Shown piece by piece: positions 24,337 through 36,548 of a stretch of 64,000 nucleotides of DNA. The DNA comes from Antedon mediterranea (lineage: Eukaryota > Animalia > Echinodermata). The position numbers and the translations under genes are program-made. Location of the stretch: assembly GCF_964355755.1 (NCBI RefSeq), contig NC_092672.1:27410437-27474436 (forward strand). The letters run 5' to 3'. The notes below the pieces were generated by a model. That model did not search any database, was not told the origin of the DNA, and saw only the letters and a program-made list of their open reading frames with translations. How positions within the stretch are numbered: the first letter of the stretch is position 1; each line of letters starts with the position of its first letter.

Positions 24337-25227
24337 ATGACATTTGCATATAAATCAAGTGGTAGAGACATGGATGGAATTGCAGATGAATTTCTGAAGA
24401 TGGCCATGGGTTCAAGATTTCTTTACAGTGCTTCTATTAAGGTTGACCAGAAACTATGGGATATTGCTTATCAACGTTTACCCGGCATAAATTATCAAAC
24501 GTATATGGTGGGGAGTTATTATGAATCCATGCAGGATTCCATATGTGGAGATCACGATGTAATGGATAACTTCTCAATTAATCCATTTGTATTGTGGCCG
24601 TATGAACCAGCAAGGAAGTATCATAAAGGTGGCTATGTAATGGTTGAGCAGAATTTAAGTGAACCAGTTTATTTTACTCTTAAAGAAAACAGAAACTGGC
24701 CATTAGATGAGTCTTTAAAACACGTTGTTGATAAGAATGGTTGTTTTATACCTGATGCTTTTATACAGACAGATGAACTAATGAAAACAGATGGTACTAG
24801 AAAACATGGTCCTGCAATACAAACAACAGATGATTACTCTACTGAAAGGGATGTTGTACCTTGTTTGAAATGCCAGTCATGGCCATTACACTCAGCAGAA
24901 TTTTTCGCAAGAAAAAGAACAAATAACTGGCCAACACGTACAGTGTTAAGAATGATTTCTAAGCTTGATTGTTTTCTAGTTGGTGTTGGACACCCAACAA
25001 GCAAATCAAAAGAAATTGAATGGAGGTTATCTTTCTCCGTAGCTGAAAGAGAACTCTGTTTTGGACTCTGTGAACCATATGCTAGATGCATGTGTGCCAT
25101 TAGAGCAATAAAACGTTCAAAGTATATTGATGTATTAAGTGAATCTGATTCACCAACACCATTCTGTTCTTACTTCATTAAGACAGCTTGCTTTTGGATG
25201 TGTGAGACTTTTCTTCCTAATGGCTAT
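24337..25227 (+). CDS. cGLR copy E, 5' part (NTase core), interrupted by a TIR transposon
   Basis: VGSYYESMQDSICGDHDVM, KHGPA, ERDVVPCLKCQSWP, EWRLSFS, CSYFIKTACFWMCE; frame open until the TAG that is the first 3 nt of the TIR. Confidence 0.85.
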
Positions 25228-25334
25228 TAGTCCGGTGGTGGCAGGAGGGGGGAATCACCACCCGAAAGGGGACAAATTGCCATCCAACTTTTCTAGACTA
25301 GAATTTTCCGTAGATTACGAATATGGAAGGTAAT

Positions 25335-26340
25335 CGATCAGGAAAGGAAGCGTTTTCGAGATATAAGGGGTCAAAGTTCAAAATTGACCAATTACAGCAA
25401 TGTATTATGTATATGTATTATAACAAATTTATTGAAGCACAATTTGGTCTTTTATTACATTTTTATGATTATAAGTGTCTATTCAATCACCTTATGAAAA
25501 AAAAAATCCTTTGTGATTAAGGGTCAAATGTCAATATTGACCAATCATAGAACGTACCTATAAAACCAAATAAAAACTAATATTTAATCAAAATTGGATG
25601 TTTTCTCATTCTGTTAATCAATCATACGCAATGTAAAAGAGCGAATACATCATTTCATCAGTTGACATAAGGTCAATTTCATCAGTTGACATAAGGTCAA
25701 AGGTCAACATTTTAATACGCGTATTAGTTAACAAATAAATGCAAAGTTGTCCAAACTATAATTTGATGGTTTTACAAGTAATCAAATTATTTGATTAGTA
25801 AAGTTATGTTATTTCATTATAATTTTGATTAATATAATTTTAATACTGTATTTAATCAAATCAGACTTCGATCAGGATAGGAAGCGAATAGGAAGAGATA
25901 AGGGGTCAAAGTTTAAAATTGACCAATTATAACAATGTATTATATACATATGTATTATAACCAGTTTATTAAAGTTCAATTTGGTCTTTTAATATATTTG
26001 TATGGTTATAGGTATTGTATGGTGTTATTCAGTCGCCTTATAAAACAAATACTTTGCAATTAAAGGTCAAATGTCAATATTAACCAATCACACAATTTGC
26101 ATTTAAAACCAAATAAAAACTAACATTTAAGACAAAATGTTATGTTTTATCATTCTGTTAAGACATCTATCAATCATACACAATCAAAAGAGCACATTTA
26201 TCATTACACAAGTTGACATGGGTCAAAGGTCAACATTTGAACAAATGATATACTAAATAATGCAAAGTTATTCAAACTATGAGATCGATGTTCATAAATG
26301 TAATCACGTTATTTGATCAGTGAAGTTATGGTATTTTTAT
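25335..26340 (+). repeat. Internal ~530-bp duplication within the TIR element, rich in GGTCAA motifs
   Basis: CGATCAGGA...GGGGTCAAAGTT...GGTCAAAGGTCAACATTT...AAGTTATG occurs at ~25335 and again at ~25869. Confidence 0.75.
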
Positions 26341-26684
26341 ATTTTTCTAGTGCGCATTATTTTAAATATATTAATATAATACTGTAAAATAAATAATAAA
26401 ATTAATATTATGACGATTAAAATGTTATGATATTAAAATGTTGCGCTGACTTTCAATGATTTGCCACTATACAGTTGCATTTATTAGGGCTACAATATTC
26501 GTCTTTGGAAAATAAACTACTATTCATCAGAACCAGAGAATACAAATTCGTACAGGATAGGGCATAGGCAGATCCAGGTGGCCAAACTCAATCCACAACT
26601 CACTACACAGACAGACCACAATTTTTATATAGTTTGGCCCATACAGGAAAGAGTTTCCTGTATACAAAGGATTCTAAAATAACC

Positions 26685-27880
26685 CATGTGGATTTTCCCG
26701 AATAAACCCTCTAAGGACCCTTTTGGGATCTATATGTGGTGTGCTACATAAGGCCCTGTATTAGAAATTAGTATGGGGTAAATAGTTCATAGATGAACTA
26801 TGGAATAAAACTAAATGTACACCCTCAATCTTTAAATAACATTTATGGATTTGCCCAAATGAACCCAAGGGCCTATCTTTCATGGACCTTTCGGGGTTCT
26901 CTATGTGGGGCTACAAGAGACCCTATATTGTAAATAATGTATGTGGGGTGAAAATGTGGGTTCATAGAGATATAATAAATATCCCTGTGCACCCTCGATC
27001 ATCCATAAGGAAAATTTTATGGATTTGCCCAAATTAACCCAAGGGCCGGTCGTTCTCCATGGATGGACATTAAGCCCCATAATGGCAATATAAGGGGTGA
27101 CACTGTGAGTTCATATAGACAGGCGTGGCCCATGAATTAAGCTGCCTGTGCACTCTCGATCCTTAAGAAAAATTTATGGATTTGCCCAAATTAACCCAAG
27201 GGCCGGTCCTCCACGGACATTAAGCCCCATAATGGAAATATAATGGATGACACTGTGTGTTTATATAGACAGGCACAACCATGGAATAAAGCTGCCTGTG
27301 CACTCTCGATCCTTAAGGAACACTTATGGATTTGCCCAAATTAACCCCCAAAGGCCGGTCCTCCATGGATGGACATTAAGCCCCATAATGGACATATAAG
27401 GGGTGACACTGTGGTTTCATAATAGACAGGCGGGGCCCATGGAATAAAGCTGCCTTGCACTCTCGATCCTTAAGGAACACTTATGGATTTGCCCAAATTA
27501 ACCCAAAGGCCGGTCATCCATGGACATTAAGCCTCATAATGGAAATATAAGGGGTGACAATGTGGGTTTATATAGACAGGCACATGGAATAAAGCTGCCT
27601 GTGCACTCTCGATCCTTAAGGAACCGATTTGGATTTTGCCTAAAATGAAACAACAGCAGGTCATCTATTTAGACCCTTCTGTGGTTCTCTACTGTATGTT
27701 CAGTTCTACATTTGGCTCCTGTATCGGATCAATGCATTTGGCTACATAAGTTACTGTGTTAGAAATATATCGGGTAACTAAAACTGTAGGTTCCAATATT
27801 AAGCCATGGGAAAAGCCTGTCTGTGCACTCTCAATCCTTTTAAAAGGAACCCATATGGATTTGCCAAAATGAACCAAGTG
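26685..27880 (+). repeat. Tandem array of ~150-bp units inside the TIR element
   Basis: TATGGATTTGCCCAAATTAACCCAAGGGCCGGTC recurs near 26845, 27019, 27175, 27325, 27482 and 27629, with degenerate units at the edges. Confidence 0.9.
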
Positions 27881-28747
27881 TAACTTCTGAATTCTCTATG
27901 AGCCGTACATTCCGTTTATTGGAGATTAGTGGATACCTGATTGAAATTGCTCAAATATTTCTGAAAGACATTGTACTGTATAGTAATTGTATTATTCCCC
28001 TTCCACACCTCTTTGAATTAAATCCGCCCTGATAGGCTCTTAGGTACAGGATTTAAAGGCAATAATCACACTTGTATTTGCCGTTAGAAATCTCTGTGCC
28101 ATGTCGTTATTTAGATGAGAAAAACAGGTCAAAGGTTAAAATTACAGAAAAATAGGTGTTTAAGTCACTTTTTGAAAAAAAGTTGCATTATGGCAAGTAT
28201 AAACATATATATTGTGAACAATTTGACACCACAATTGGCTCCTTACGACAAATATTTATTAATTTATGTTTTTATAACCTTATTCAATTATGTCAAAGGT
28301 TAATAACCACACTTCCGGTCATTTTCAAGCAATATCATCTGTTATACTGAATATAAATGTATATCTTGGTAACAATTTGCTCCTATTTTTAATTATCTCC
28401 GACCTGCCGTTACTTAGATATAGCAACAAGAGGTCAAAGGTCAAAATTGCTAACAATGGGGTTTCCGTTCAATTTTTCAAAGAAATTTCTGTTAGAGCTA
28501 ATATAAACATATACATTGTGAACAATTTGACACCAAAATTATCTCACTACGCCCAGAATTTCCAGAGATATAGCATGTTTTTATATTGGTCAATTTTGAA
28601 CTTTGACCCCTTATATCTCGAAAACGCTTCCTATTCTGATCGATTACCTTCCATATTCGTAATCTACGGAAAATTCTGGTCTAGAAAAGTTGGATGGCAA
28701 TTTGTCCCCTTTCGGGTGGTGATATCCCCCCTCCTGCCACCGGACTA

Positions 28748-29935
28748 TATTATAGTATTATGGACTTAATCAGGAAGACAATTGATTGGCTAATACAATG
28801 CTATCAAAAAAGGTACCTTCCTCATTATTTTGTTCGAGAACAAAATTTAATTGGACATTTATCAATGAGACGTTGTAAAGAAGTAATACATTCATTGAAA
28901 GCAGTTAAGAGAGATCTTTGGTGCAATGTGATGTCAGGAATTGCATCTGCAACTGGTGACTTTATAAACAGACATATTTGTTCTATATTCAACCTTCCTC
29001 AACTCCATAGTCCTAAAAAATATAAATTACTAGAGTCTGCCATAAGCCTACTGTATAGCAGTGATAACATTAAGAAGTTTGATGATATTTTTTTACCCTT
29101 ACGTTGTATTTTTTTCATTGAAGAAACATTACTAACTTTAACTACGTTGCATTCTACAACATTAAGTAGAATTATGGAAAACTACCTAAAAAACTGTGGT
29201 CCTTTAGAAACTCTTGAACTTAAACTAGATGGTATAATTGAATCAGTCTTGCAAAGTGATGACAACTTAGTACCAAGTCGGTACAACAAAGTTTTTAGGC
29301 ATAGTTTGTATTGCTGTTTAGGAGATGCTTACACAGGATTGTTGAAATATTTAAAATGTACTGGGAGATGTAACAATCTAGAACAATACCTCAACAAGCC
29401 ATTGGATTATTATGAGAAAGGATCAGAGTTTGTGTACCCTATTGGATGGAGTGATCAGGGTATAGGTACCAAAATTAATGTAATTAAATATTACTACTTA
29501 ATGAATGAAGACGAAAAATTAAAAGAGATGCTTGTCAAATTTGAACCACAACTTAACAAAGTCAAAAGTGACAGAAATGTAATGAGGAAACTAAGAAAGA
29601 TTACAGTAGGCTGCACGACCTTGTCTGACTTTGATACAATCCCTTGGTTGCTTGCTGATAAGGACATTAGAATTGTATTTCAAAATACGATTTCGGATGC
29701 GAGATTAACTTTTAACATTAATCCAATTGTATTTATATTTTATGTCAAAGCAAAACTATCACTTAAAGAGGGAGACATTTATAGAGCATATGTAAACTTA
29801 AATGAAATGAAGTCAACTTTGACTCTACTAAAAGATATGCAGCCTACAGAACTTAAGGTGACAGCACCATTAATTGAAATCATAGAGAGTTCATTAGTTA
29901 TGTGTTTATGTAGGTTTTGGAAAGCTTTTAAATAG
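28748..29935 (+). CDS. cGLR copy E, 3' part (Mab-21 C-lobe end plus C-terminal helical region)
   Basis: SIMDLIRKTIDWLIQCY...LPHYFV...GWSDQGIGTKINVIKYYY...NPIVFIFY; open to the natural stop; continues exactly where the 5' part stops. Confidence 0.85.
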   Translation, partial: YYSIMDLIRKTIDWLIQCYQKRYLPHYFVREQNLIGHLSMRRCKEVIHSLKAVKRDLWCNVMSGIASATGDFINRHICSIFNLPQLHSPKKYKLLESAISLLYSSDNIKKFDDIFLPLRCIFFIEETLLTLTTLHSTTLSRIMENYLKNCGPLETLELKLDGIIESVLQSDDNLVPSRYNKVFRHSLYCCLGDAYTGLLKYLKCTGRCNNLEQYLNKPLDYYEKGSEFVYPIGWSDQGIGTKINVIKYYYLMNEDEKLKEMLVKFEPQLNKVKSDRNVMRKLRKITVGCTTLSDFDTIPWLLADKDIRIVFQNTISDARLTFNINPIVFIFYVKAKLSLKEGDIYRAYVNLNEMKSTLTLLKDMQPTELKVTAPLIEIIESSLVMCLCRFWKAFK

Positions 29936-30374
29936 AAATCTCTGTAGTTTCTCTATTTTGTTAGGCCTACTAATCAAATGAACTTCAATGTTTGAGAGCT
30001 AAACCAATATATTTTTTGACAGACTAATTGTATGTAGCGCTCCACCGAGATATTTCCCTACCAAATATGTTACATTGAATAATAAGATTGTAATGTAATG
30101 TAGGCCTTATGTATGGTAAATGTGTTTTGAATGCGTAAGTTAAACTTGTGTTACATGTGATGTCAATGTATACATGGGAAAATAACATTATAAAACAAAA
30201 TTGTACAGTATTAATATTAATGCAAAATGTTCACACTTTTAGACTTTCTATAAAATAATAACGAATAATGTTATCAAAATACTGTATATGTGTCGTTTGA
30301 TACTAGGAATTACAAAAAAATGAGGAGATGCAATATTTGTATAATTTCATAAACCTTCCTAGTATAGTTCCGGT

Positions 30375-30477
30375 ATTTCTAGTAGCGTGCAAACGCGACG
30401 CTATAGCTCACTATGTCGGTCGGTCGATCGGTAAACAATTACTCAAATCGACTGCAGCCATGTATATGGCCTTGTTG
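30375..30477 (+). mobile_element. Minimal DINE-1/HINE-like element (ends only)
   Basis: TAGTAGCGTG...CTATAGCTCACTATGTCGGTCGG...CGACTGCAGCCATGTATATGGCCTTGTT matches both ends of the 59549-60264 family. Confidence 0.7.
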
Positions 30478-30629
30478 ATATCCCATGTGTATCTATGTTA
30501 TATACACATATTATTGAGTTTATTTATGTCTCAAATATTTTCTAACTAATGAAATGGGGTGTCACAAAACCTAAGATCACGAAACCTAAGATCACGAAAC
30601 CTAAGACCCAAGAATTAAGATTGCCAAAA

Positions 30630-31879
30630 GTTCCCTTTCGCACCAGCCTTGTATTTTAACTCTAAATTTAACTTTATCCTGATGTTACGTGTGACGATCG
30701 TCAGGTGTCGCATGCAAATGAGTCAAGCTGGCGAATAAGAAGGGAGCGTTGTGATGCGCGGGATCTTTTGGAAAGCGGTGTTGGGTGTGCGAGACGAGTG
30801 AACAAGGGACTCACGAGACGGTACAAGTCGGAAATGGTATGTAATAGAGACTTGAAGTGAACTGTGTTGTTCAAGACTGGAAGCGAGGAAGGACGCAAGG
30901 ACAAGTTGTGATTGAATGTACGGATGCCTAGGCAAACCAACCACTCGGTATCATTCGTATTGTTGTAGCATTTATGGTTTTTTTGTTAAGTAATGCATCG
31001 TGCAAGGAAATTAAATGGAGCTAGTGCTTCTTGCATAGTACTTTGAGTGTTGGCTATTGTTTGTTCCAAACCTCTTTGTTGTTACTTAGGTATTTCGGCT
31101 TAGGCCAAAAGTCGTAACACTGAATACCACACCTTACTTTAAAAAGAAGAATCAATAAAATAACAAATAAATGCTTTAAATTGATGATTTTACAGACATT
31201 TTTCTCATACGATTTTCGCATACTCTATGTTCAATAGTTTCATTTTTATGCAACGCAAAAAGAACAACATTATTAGAGGGTTTAAAACTATGTGGAATCC
31301 ACCTATTTAAACGCATTGTTTTGTCATTTTCAATTTCAATATATTTTGTCACTGTCAATACAAATGAAACGTTACTGTTAATACTTTACACGGTTTCATT
31401 AAAATCGACAAATCACATTCCCTTTATGACTAGGCCGGCCGGTTTGTATTGATGCTGATTTTAAGACCTATTAATATTCTTTGAAAACAGAAAAGTATCA
31501 TCAGTAACATATTACAGTATTTTTATTGACAAATGGATAAAATATATTGAAATTAAACGTGCATTTAACCAACAAATGCATTAAAAGTAGACACACTTCA
31601 CCGAGTTTTAGCCCTCTATTATTGTTGTTCTTTTTGGCGCCCCATAGAAACGACAATAGCAACTCCCTGATTCATTCAGTATGCGAAATTTGTGAAGTGT
31701 GCGAGAAACACCTCTGTAAAATCATATTTATGTAATACCAAATAATTATTTGTTACTTTTTATATGGATCCCCTCTTCATAAAAGTATTTATGAGGCCTA
31801 ATTTTAAGGCGTGTCATTCGGGCTAGGATAAAGTTAGTTTATTTGGAGTCAAAATACAAGGCAGGTGCAAATGGGAAAC
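30630..31879. mobile_element. Second inverted-repeat element nested in 30556-32206
   Basis: TTCCC...GCACCAGCCTTGTATTTTAACTC...AACTTTATCCT mirrored by AGGATAAAGTT...GAGTCAAAATACAAGGCAGGTGC...GGGAA. Confidence 0.65.
30683..31119 (+). mobile_element. Solo LTR (437 bp)
   Basis: TGTTACG...CGTAACA termini; 4-bp TSD CTGA at 30679-30682 and 31120-31123; ATTAAA near 31010. Confidence 0.85.
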
Positions 31880-33118
31880 ACCCCATGAAACCAACACAAT
31901 GGAGTAATTATATATCTACAAACAAACCTTCAAGTTTGTTTGTTGTGAAACAAAGGTATATTTTTACTCAACGGGCGAAAATATTGTGATTTTATTTCTG
32001 TTTGTGATAAGTATTTAATTAAATTGATGGTAAAAGGCATTAATAAATTAAATCTACTATGTTTAAAATTATGTATAGATAACAAAATTTGTTTTTTAAG
32101 CTGCCGTATAAATTATCTTAAAATTTGTAATTTTTAGTTCTTGAGTCTTAGGTTTCGTGACCTTAGGGGGTCTTATGTGTTGTGATCTTAGGATTCGTGA
32201 CACCCCAATTAAATGATCGGTTTTTACTAAAACAACCATTGACAATTTCAACTGTATTTAACAAGACTATAATTTTGGACTATGAAACAATAAAGTTGAC
32301 ATCTAGCCTACGATTGCTTGAAAATTACTGGAAATTAGGTTTTATTAGGTTATTCAGAGCAAATATGTTTATTCAGGGACGAATCCAAACAAAATGTTCG
32401 GGAGGGGGAGGCCACGACAGATTTTGAAATAAGTTTTAATTATTTTGCGAGAGAGTGAAGCCCCAAGGAAACGTGTTTTTTTAGCAATTTAGGTGGCGTC
32501 AAACGAGCCACATCATTATCAACATCGACAGTTGTAACCATAGTGTTTGGCCAGTTTACAACTCACAACCCTCTAGACAGTTCGCATGGTTTTTGTTTGG
32601 CCAATCTACACCTAGCTTTCAGACAATGTTATTTTTTATCTTGTCCTACACTTCTGTCCATGTCTCTCTAGAAACAATGATTGAACCTTGAACCTATTGT
32701 TTTAGCTTTCAGTTGAGGTGAAAATATGATACCTCTCACGTTATTATAAATGTAATAACAATTTATATTTTAAATTTGAAAACTGAGGTACAAGCCTACT
32801 AAAAGGTGACATTTTCCCCTATATTTTGATGATTTATTTTTAAAGGCATAAATAGGAATTTAAATAGACCAAAAACAACACATACGGACTAGACTAGCAT
32901 GTTAACTGTTTCATTTCAGTGCCATTGCCAGGATCTGTCAAGTGGCAAAGCGAAATTGTTGTTAAATGATTACATTTAAAGTATCATTTCCGAAACCCAC
33001 AAAGTTTGTTTCTTTTAGAAAAATAAAACATTCATTATTTATGATTCTCATGTTTTATGCAATAAAACAATTATTAAATACAGTAGAACTAACGACTTCC
33101 TTACACAAAGAATGGTGA

Positions 33119-34640
33119 CTAAACAGGAATCTATGTTTGGATAGTGGCACAAAAAGTGACAACATTATTTTGCTTATGTCTACCAAACAGCCTTTACAAA
33201 TTGAATTGAAGATTTGGGTTTTTCCAATAAGTATATGACTGCATACGTGCAGTATTACCATCAAAGTCATTTGAAAGAAGTTAATCTAATGTTATCATTT
33301 ATTTAATCTAATTTATATTTATTATTTGTTTTGCTGCTTGTGGAAATCATATTCAGGAGTTATCCTGTCAATACATTATGTTAATAATTAATCAGCATTT
33401 TATTGATTATTTTTTATCCGCAGTTTACTTGTGTTTACTTAGTATTGCCACAAAGATGTTGAAATAAGTTTATATTTCATGTGGTCATAATATTGGTTAA
33501 TAAATAATATTACATCTAAAACAATTTTCAAGCAGCCGTATAAATATCATATTTACAGTTCTTGAAACATCATTTCCAAAACCCACAATGTAGAAAATAC
33601 TAAAAATAAAGTTTTTTTTATATTAAGCACATCCATTGTAAGATTGGATAGTGGCACAAACCATAGTAACAAAATATGTTGCTTTCTTTGACTTTGAAGG
33701 CAGGTGCCATAACTGGCAAGCATAGTTAAAAACATTGTACTTAAATTTGAGCGAAAACATACTTTTTTTGGTACTAAACATCAATCATTGGTGTTTCTTG
33801 CAGCGAGTACAATTGACTACGTGCAGTATTACCATCAAAGTCATATGAATGTTAATAATAGGTTATTCATTTTATAGTATTTATTTGTTTTATTACTGAT
33901 ATCAGGAGTCTAAACAAGCACACATTCATGAGTCATCGTATGTGCCAATACATTCTGCTAATAATTAATTTCTCTTAGTCTTCATCGCTATTCTATCAAA
34001 ACAATTTATCTCTATTTTTGTACCTAATATATTACTGTTACTGAGCAAATGTTAGAGCAACAACCAATCAGAAAGCTTAACATGTTGTGTTTTTTTGTTT
34101 TTTATTTTTGATATGCTTTAGTAACAATGGGGTATGGAATGGTCATACAAAACTTTTAAAACCAAAACTGCAGTGAATTCTAGACATTTCTTAAAACCAT
34201 GGCAAAACCTCATATATTTTTTTAATGTGAATTAAGTAAATTCAAATACTTTGATAATTTATAAACATTTATTTGTAATTTTGCAATATTTTGTTATAAC
34301 TTAAATGGTACTTTTTCAATTAATTATGCCTAATACTTTACAAGCACAGCATACGAAAAGACAAGACAGTTATGTTACGTCCTCCTGTAAAATGATGCTT
34401 TGTAGAGTGATACAACGTGAAGGTCAATTTTCAAATATAAAATAAATATTTCGCATATTCATCATTTATTACCATTTTACTTGTTATATTATTTAGTACA
34501 TCTTCATATCAAGAAATGAAGTAGGTGTGTCATGATATTTGTTAATAAGAAACAGGAACATCATATGTCTCATTCCAAAACAGGTTAAACTGAAGTTGTC
34601 TCTACGTTAATAAACTGTAAGACTGGCCTTATTTTGGCTT
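33119..34640 (+). repeat. ~1.5-kb non-coding segmental duplication, first copy (second copy ~36549-37920)
   Basis: Collinear blocks from AAACAGGAATCTATGTTTGGA to CCTTATTTTGGC; each copy has an internal ~500-bp repeat (TTGGATAGTGGCACAAA). Confidence 0.85.
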
Positions 34641-35869
34641 TCACATTATTGGTTATTCGCAACGTTGCGGATAACCCTTGTGATTTTCAGGATTGTTTTT
34701 ACTCTTACTACTGTAAAATGCTGTATGACAAAATAGGTACAATTCAGCACTGTAAAAATATTTAATTCACGTCATAGGATGGCCTAATAATTGTCGACGT
34801 TCATATCTTTTAACATTATGTGCATGTTGCATTTCCATGGATGACCCGAACACGTCAAAGTGACGAGTTCAAATCTAGTTGTACTGTTAGTTCCGTTTCC
34901 TTATCTACCACTTCTAACACAAACAGTAGGCCTCATCAATATTTACATAATCCGCAGCAGGAACTGATAATTAATTGAGAACAGATCAATATCTTTGTAT
35001 CCTCAAGGGTCAACGATTTATTTACATGTTTCGTACTAAAATTAAACAGAAAATATGGGATATTGCTTTAAGACACAAAATAAGTTCATTTAGTTGTCCA
35101 CATAAGTTATTTATTATTTTTTTAAAGAAAATTGAAACCGTGGCGGAGTTTTATTTGTTGTGGTTTTCTTTGTACTTATCCTATTAATGTGGTTGTATCT
35201 TGAATGTGGTCAAGGTAGCTTAGCATTCAGATACATAGTTAGGCCAACCCTTTGATTTAATTTGATTTTAATAATACTAAAAACTTACAGCTTTATAAAT
35301 TTTTATTCAAATTGTACTATTTTACATGTGTATTATACTGAGATATAAAAACAGTAAATACCAACATTTCCAGGCAAATTTTAAATATGACGTAGGCCTA
35401 AATATTTAGGCTAATGCAGGTGTACAATTTTTGACAATAAAATGAAAGAAATACTATATGTTGTTTAATTTATCTGTAGTTTTGTGGTGGTTACAAAAAG
35501 CATAATTTTTAAATTGCAATTTATGGTAAATAGGTGAGTGCATATATCTCGGTATCTTTGTTTTACATAAAAAATAAATAATAAAACAATTCACTACTGC
35601 GACAATAAAAATCCGCAGCCGCCAAAAAAGCTGGACTGTGGATGTTCTTACAAAAGGTTTTTAATTAAAAACATCAAAATAAACAATTTCATACAAAAAT
35701 TGAAGCAGCAAATTGAAAACGTTCGAAACGTCAGATGTGAACATCCAAGAGAATCAAAGATGAGGAACGAACTAATTAAGAATTTAGCAGACTAGTTAGA
35801 TATGGAAGTGGACTATTATTATATCTTGATAATGTGACACCAAAATGAATCCTAGTGTGGGTGGAGTTC

Positions 35870-36250
35870 TGTAATGAAAGCAATGAGAGAATCGTTCACT
35901 CTTGGCGGATTTCTTAGCAAACTTCATGCACCGTGATCTCCGATGCTCGTTGGGAGGTATTCACGTACTGTAAGTCGTGTAGGCCAACTGATCTCCAAGA
36001 AGGGAACGGCAAACTCGTTTTGGTATTCTCTCTAAACGCAATATGGTAAACACTATTAGCTTTCTGTAGCATAATCTCAAATTGTTTCCTCATTTTAAAT
36101 CATATTGGATAACTCCAAGCAATTTGACTTCAGACAATTTGTAATTTTTGACCATCAATCTGGAGATCTAGGTCAGGCATCAATTTACGAACAAATTACG
36201 TCTGCATAACTTGGCACTTGGAGGGGTTGAGTTGTAATTTGTTAGTCAAA
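35870..36250 (-). mobile_element. Decayed CR1-like LINE RT fragment
   Basis: LQLNPSKCQVM and LERIPKRVCRSLLG on the minus strand. Confidence 0.5.
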
Positions 36251-36548
36251 GACAGAAGAAAGTTAATAACAGATAAAAATAATGGGTGCGAGTATGGTCC
36301 ACTGAGGAATGCCTCCTGTGAGGATTTCCTATTTATTTTTATACTTGACCTCTTGCTTCCTAACCGAACGGAAATCCACGCCCCATTACATGATAGAAGG
36401 AGAAACATCCATACCAGTAAGACGACAGTCAAAGACAATTCTATGATCAATGAGATCAAAGGCCTTTGTACTTGTAAAGTCAGTTATAAGTGTGCTCATT
36501 GTATTGTGGGTTTCACCATTTAATATCAATTTACCTGTGACCTGTGAT

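Larger units (their letters stand above)
25228..28747. mobile_element. Non-autonomous DNA transposon with ~165-bp TIRs (TAG...CTA termini, 3-bp TSD; Academ-like by inference)
   Basis: TAGTCCGGTGG...ATTGACCAAT (25228-~25392) mirrored at ~28585-28747; TAT on both sides (25225-25227, 28748-28750); no transposase ORF. Confidence 0.9.
30556..32206. mobile_element. Non-autonomous TIR element with subterminal 16-bp repeats
   Basis: GGGGTGTCAC...(AAACCTAAGATCACG)n mirrored by ...GTGACACCCC; flanks AATGAAAT / AATTAAAT (8-bp TSD, one mismatch). Confidence 0.8.

Noticed and set aside
26685-27880. Repeat-spacer appearance of the 150-bp array
   Set aside because: Whole units are homologous tandem copies, not repeats with unique spacers
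28290-28769. 159-aa ORF inside the TIR element as a transposase
   Set aside because: No DDE or DNA-binding motifs; it crosses the TIR and looks like a chance ORF
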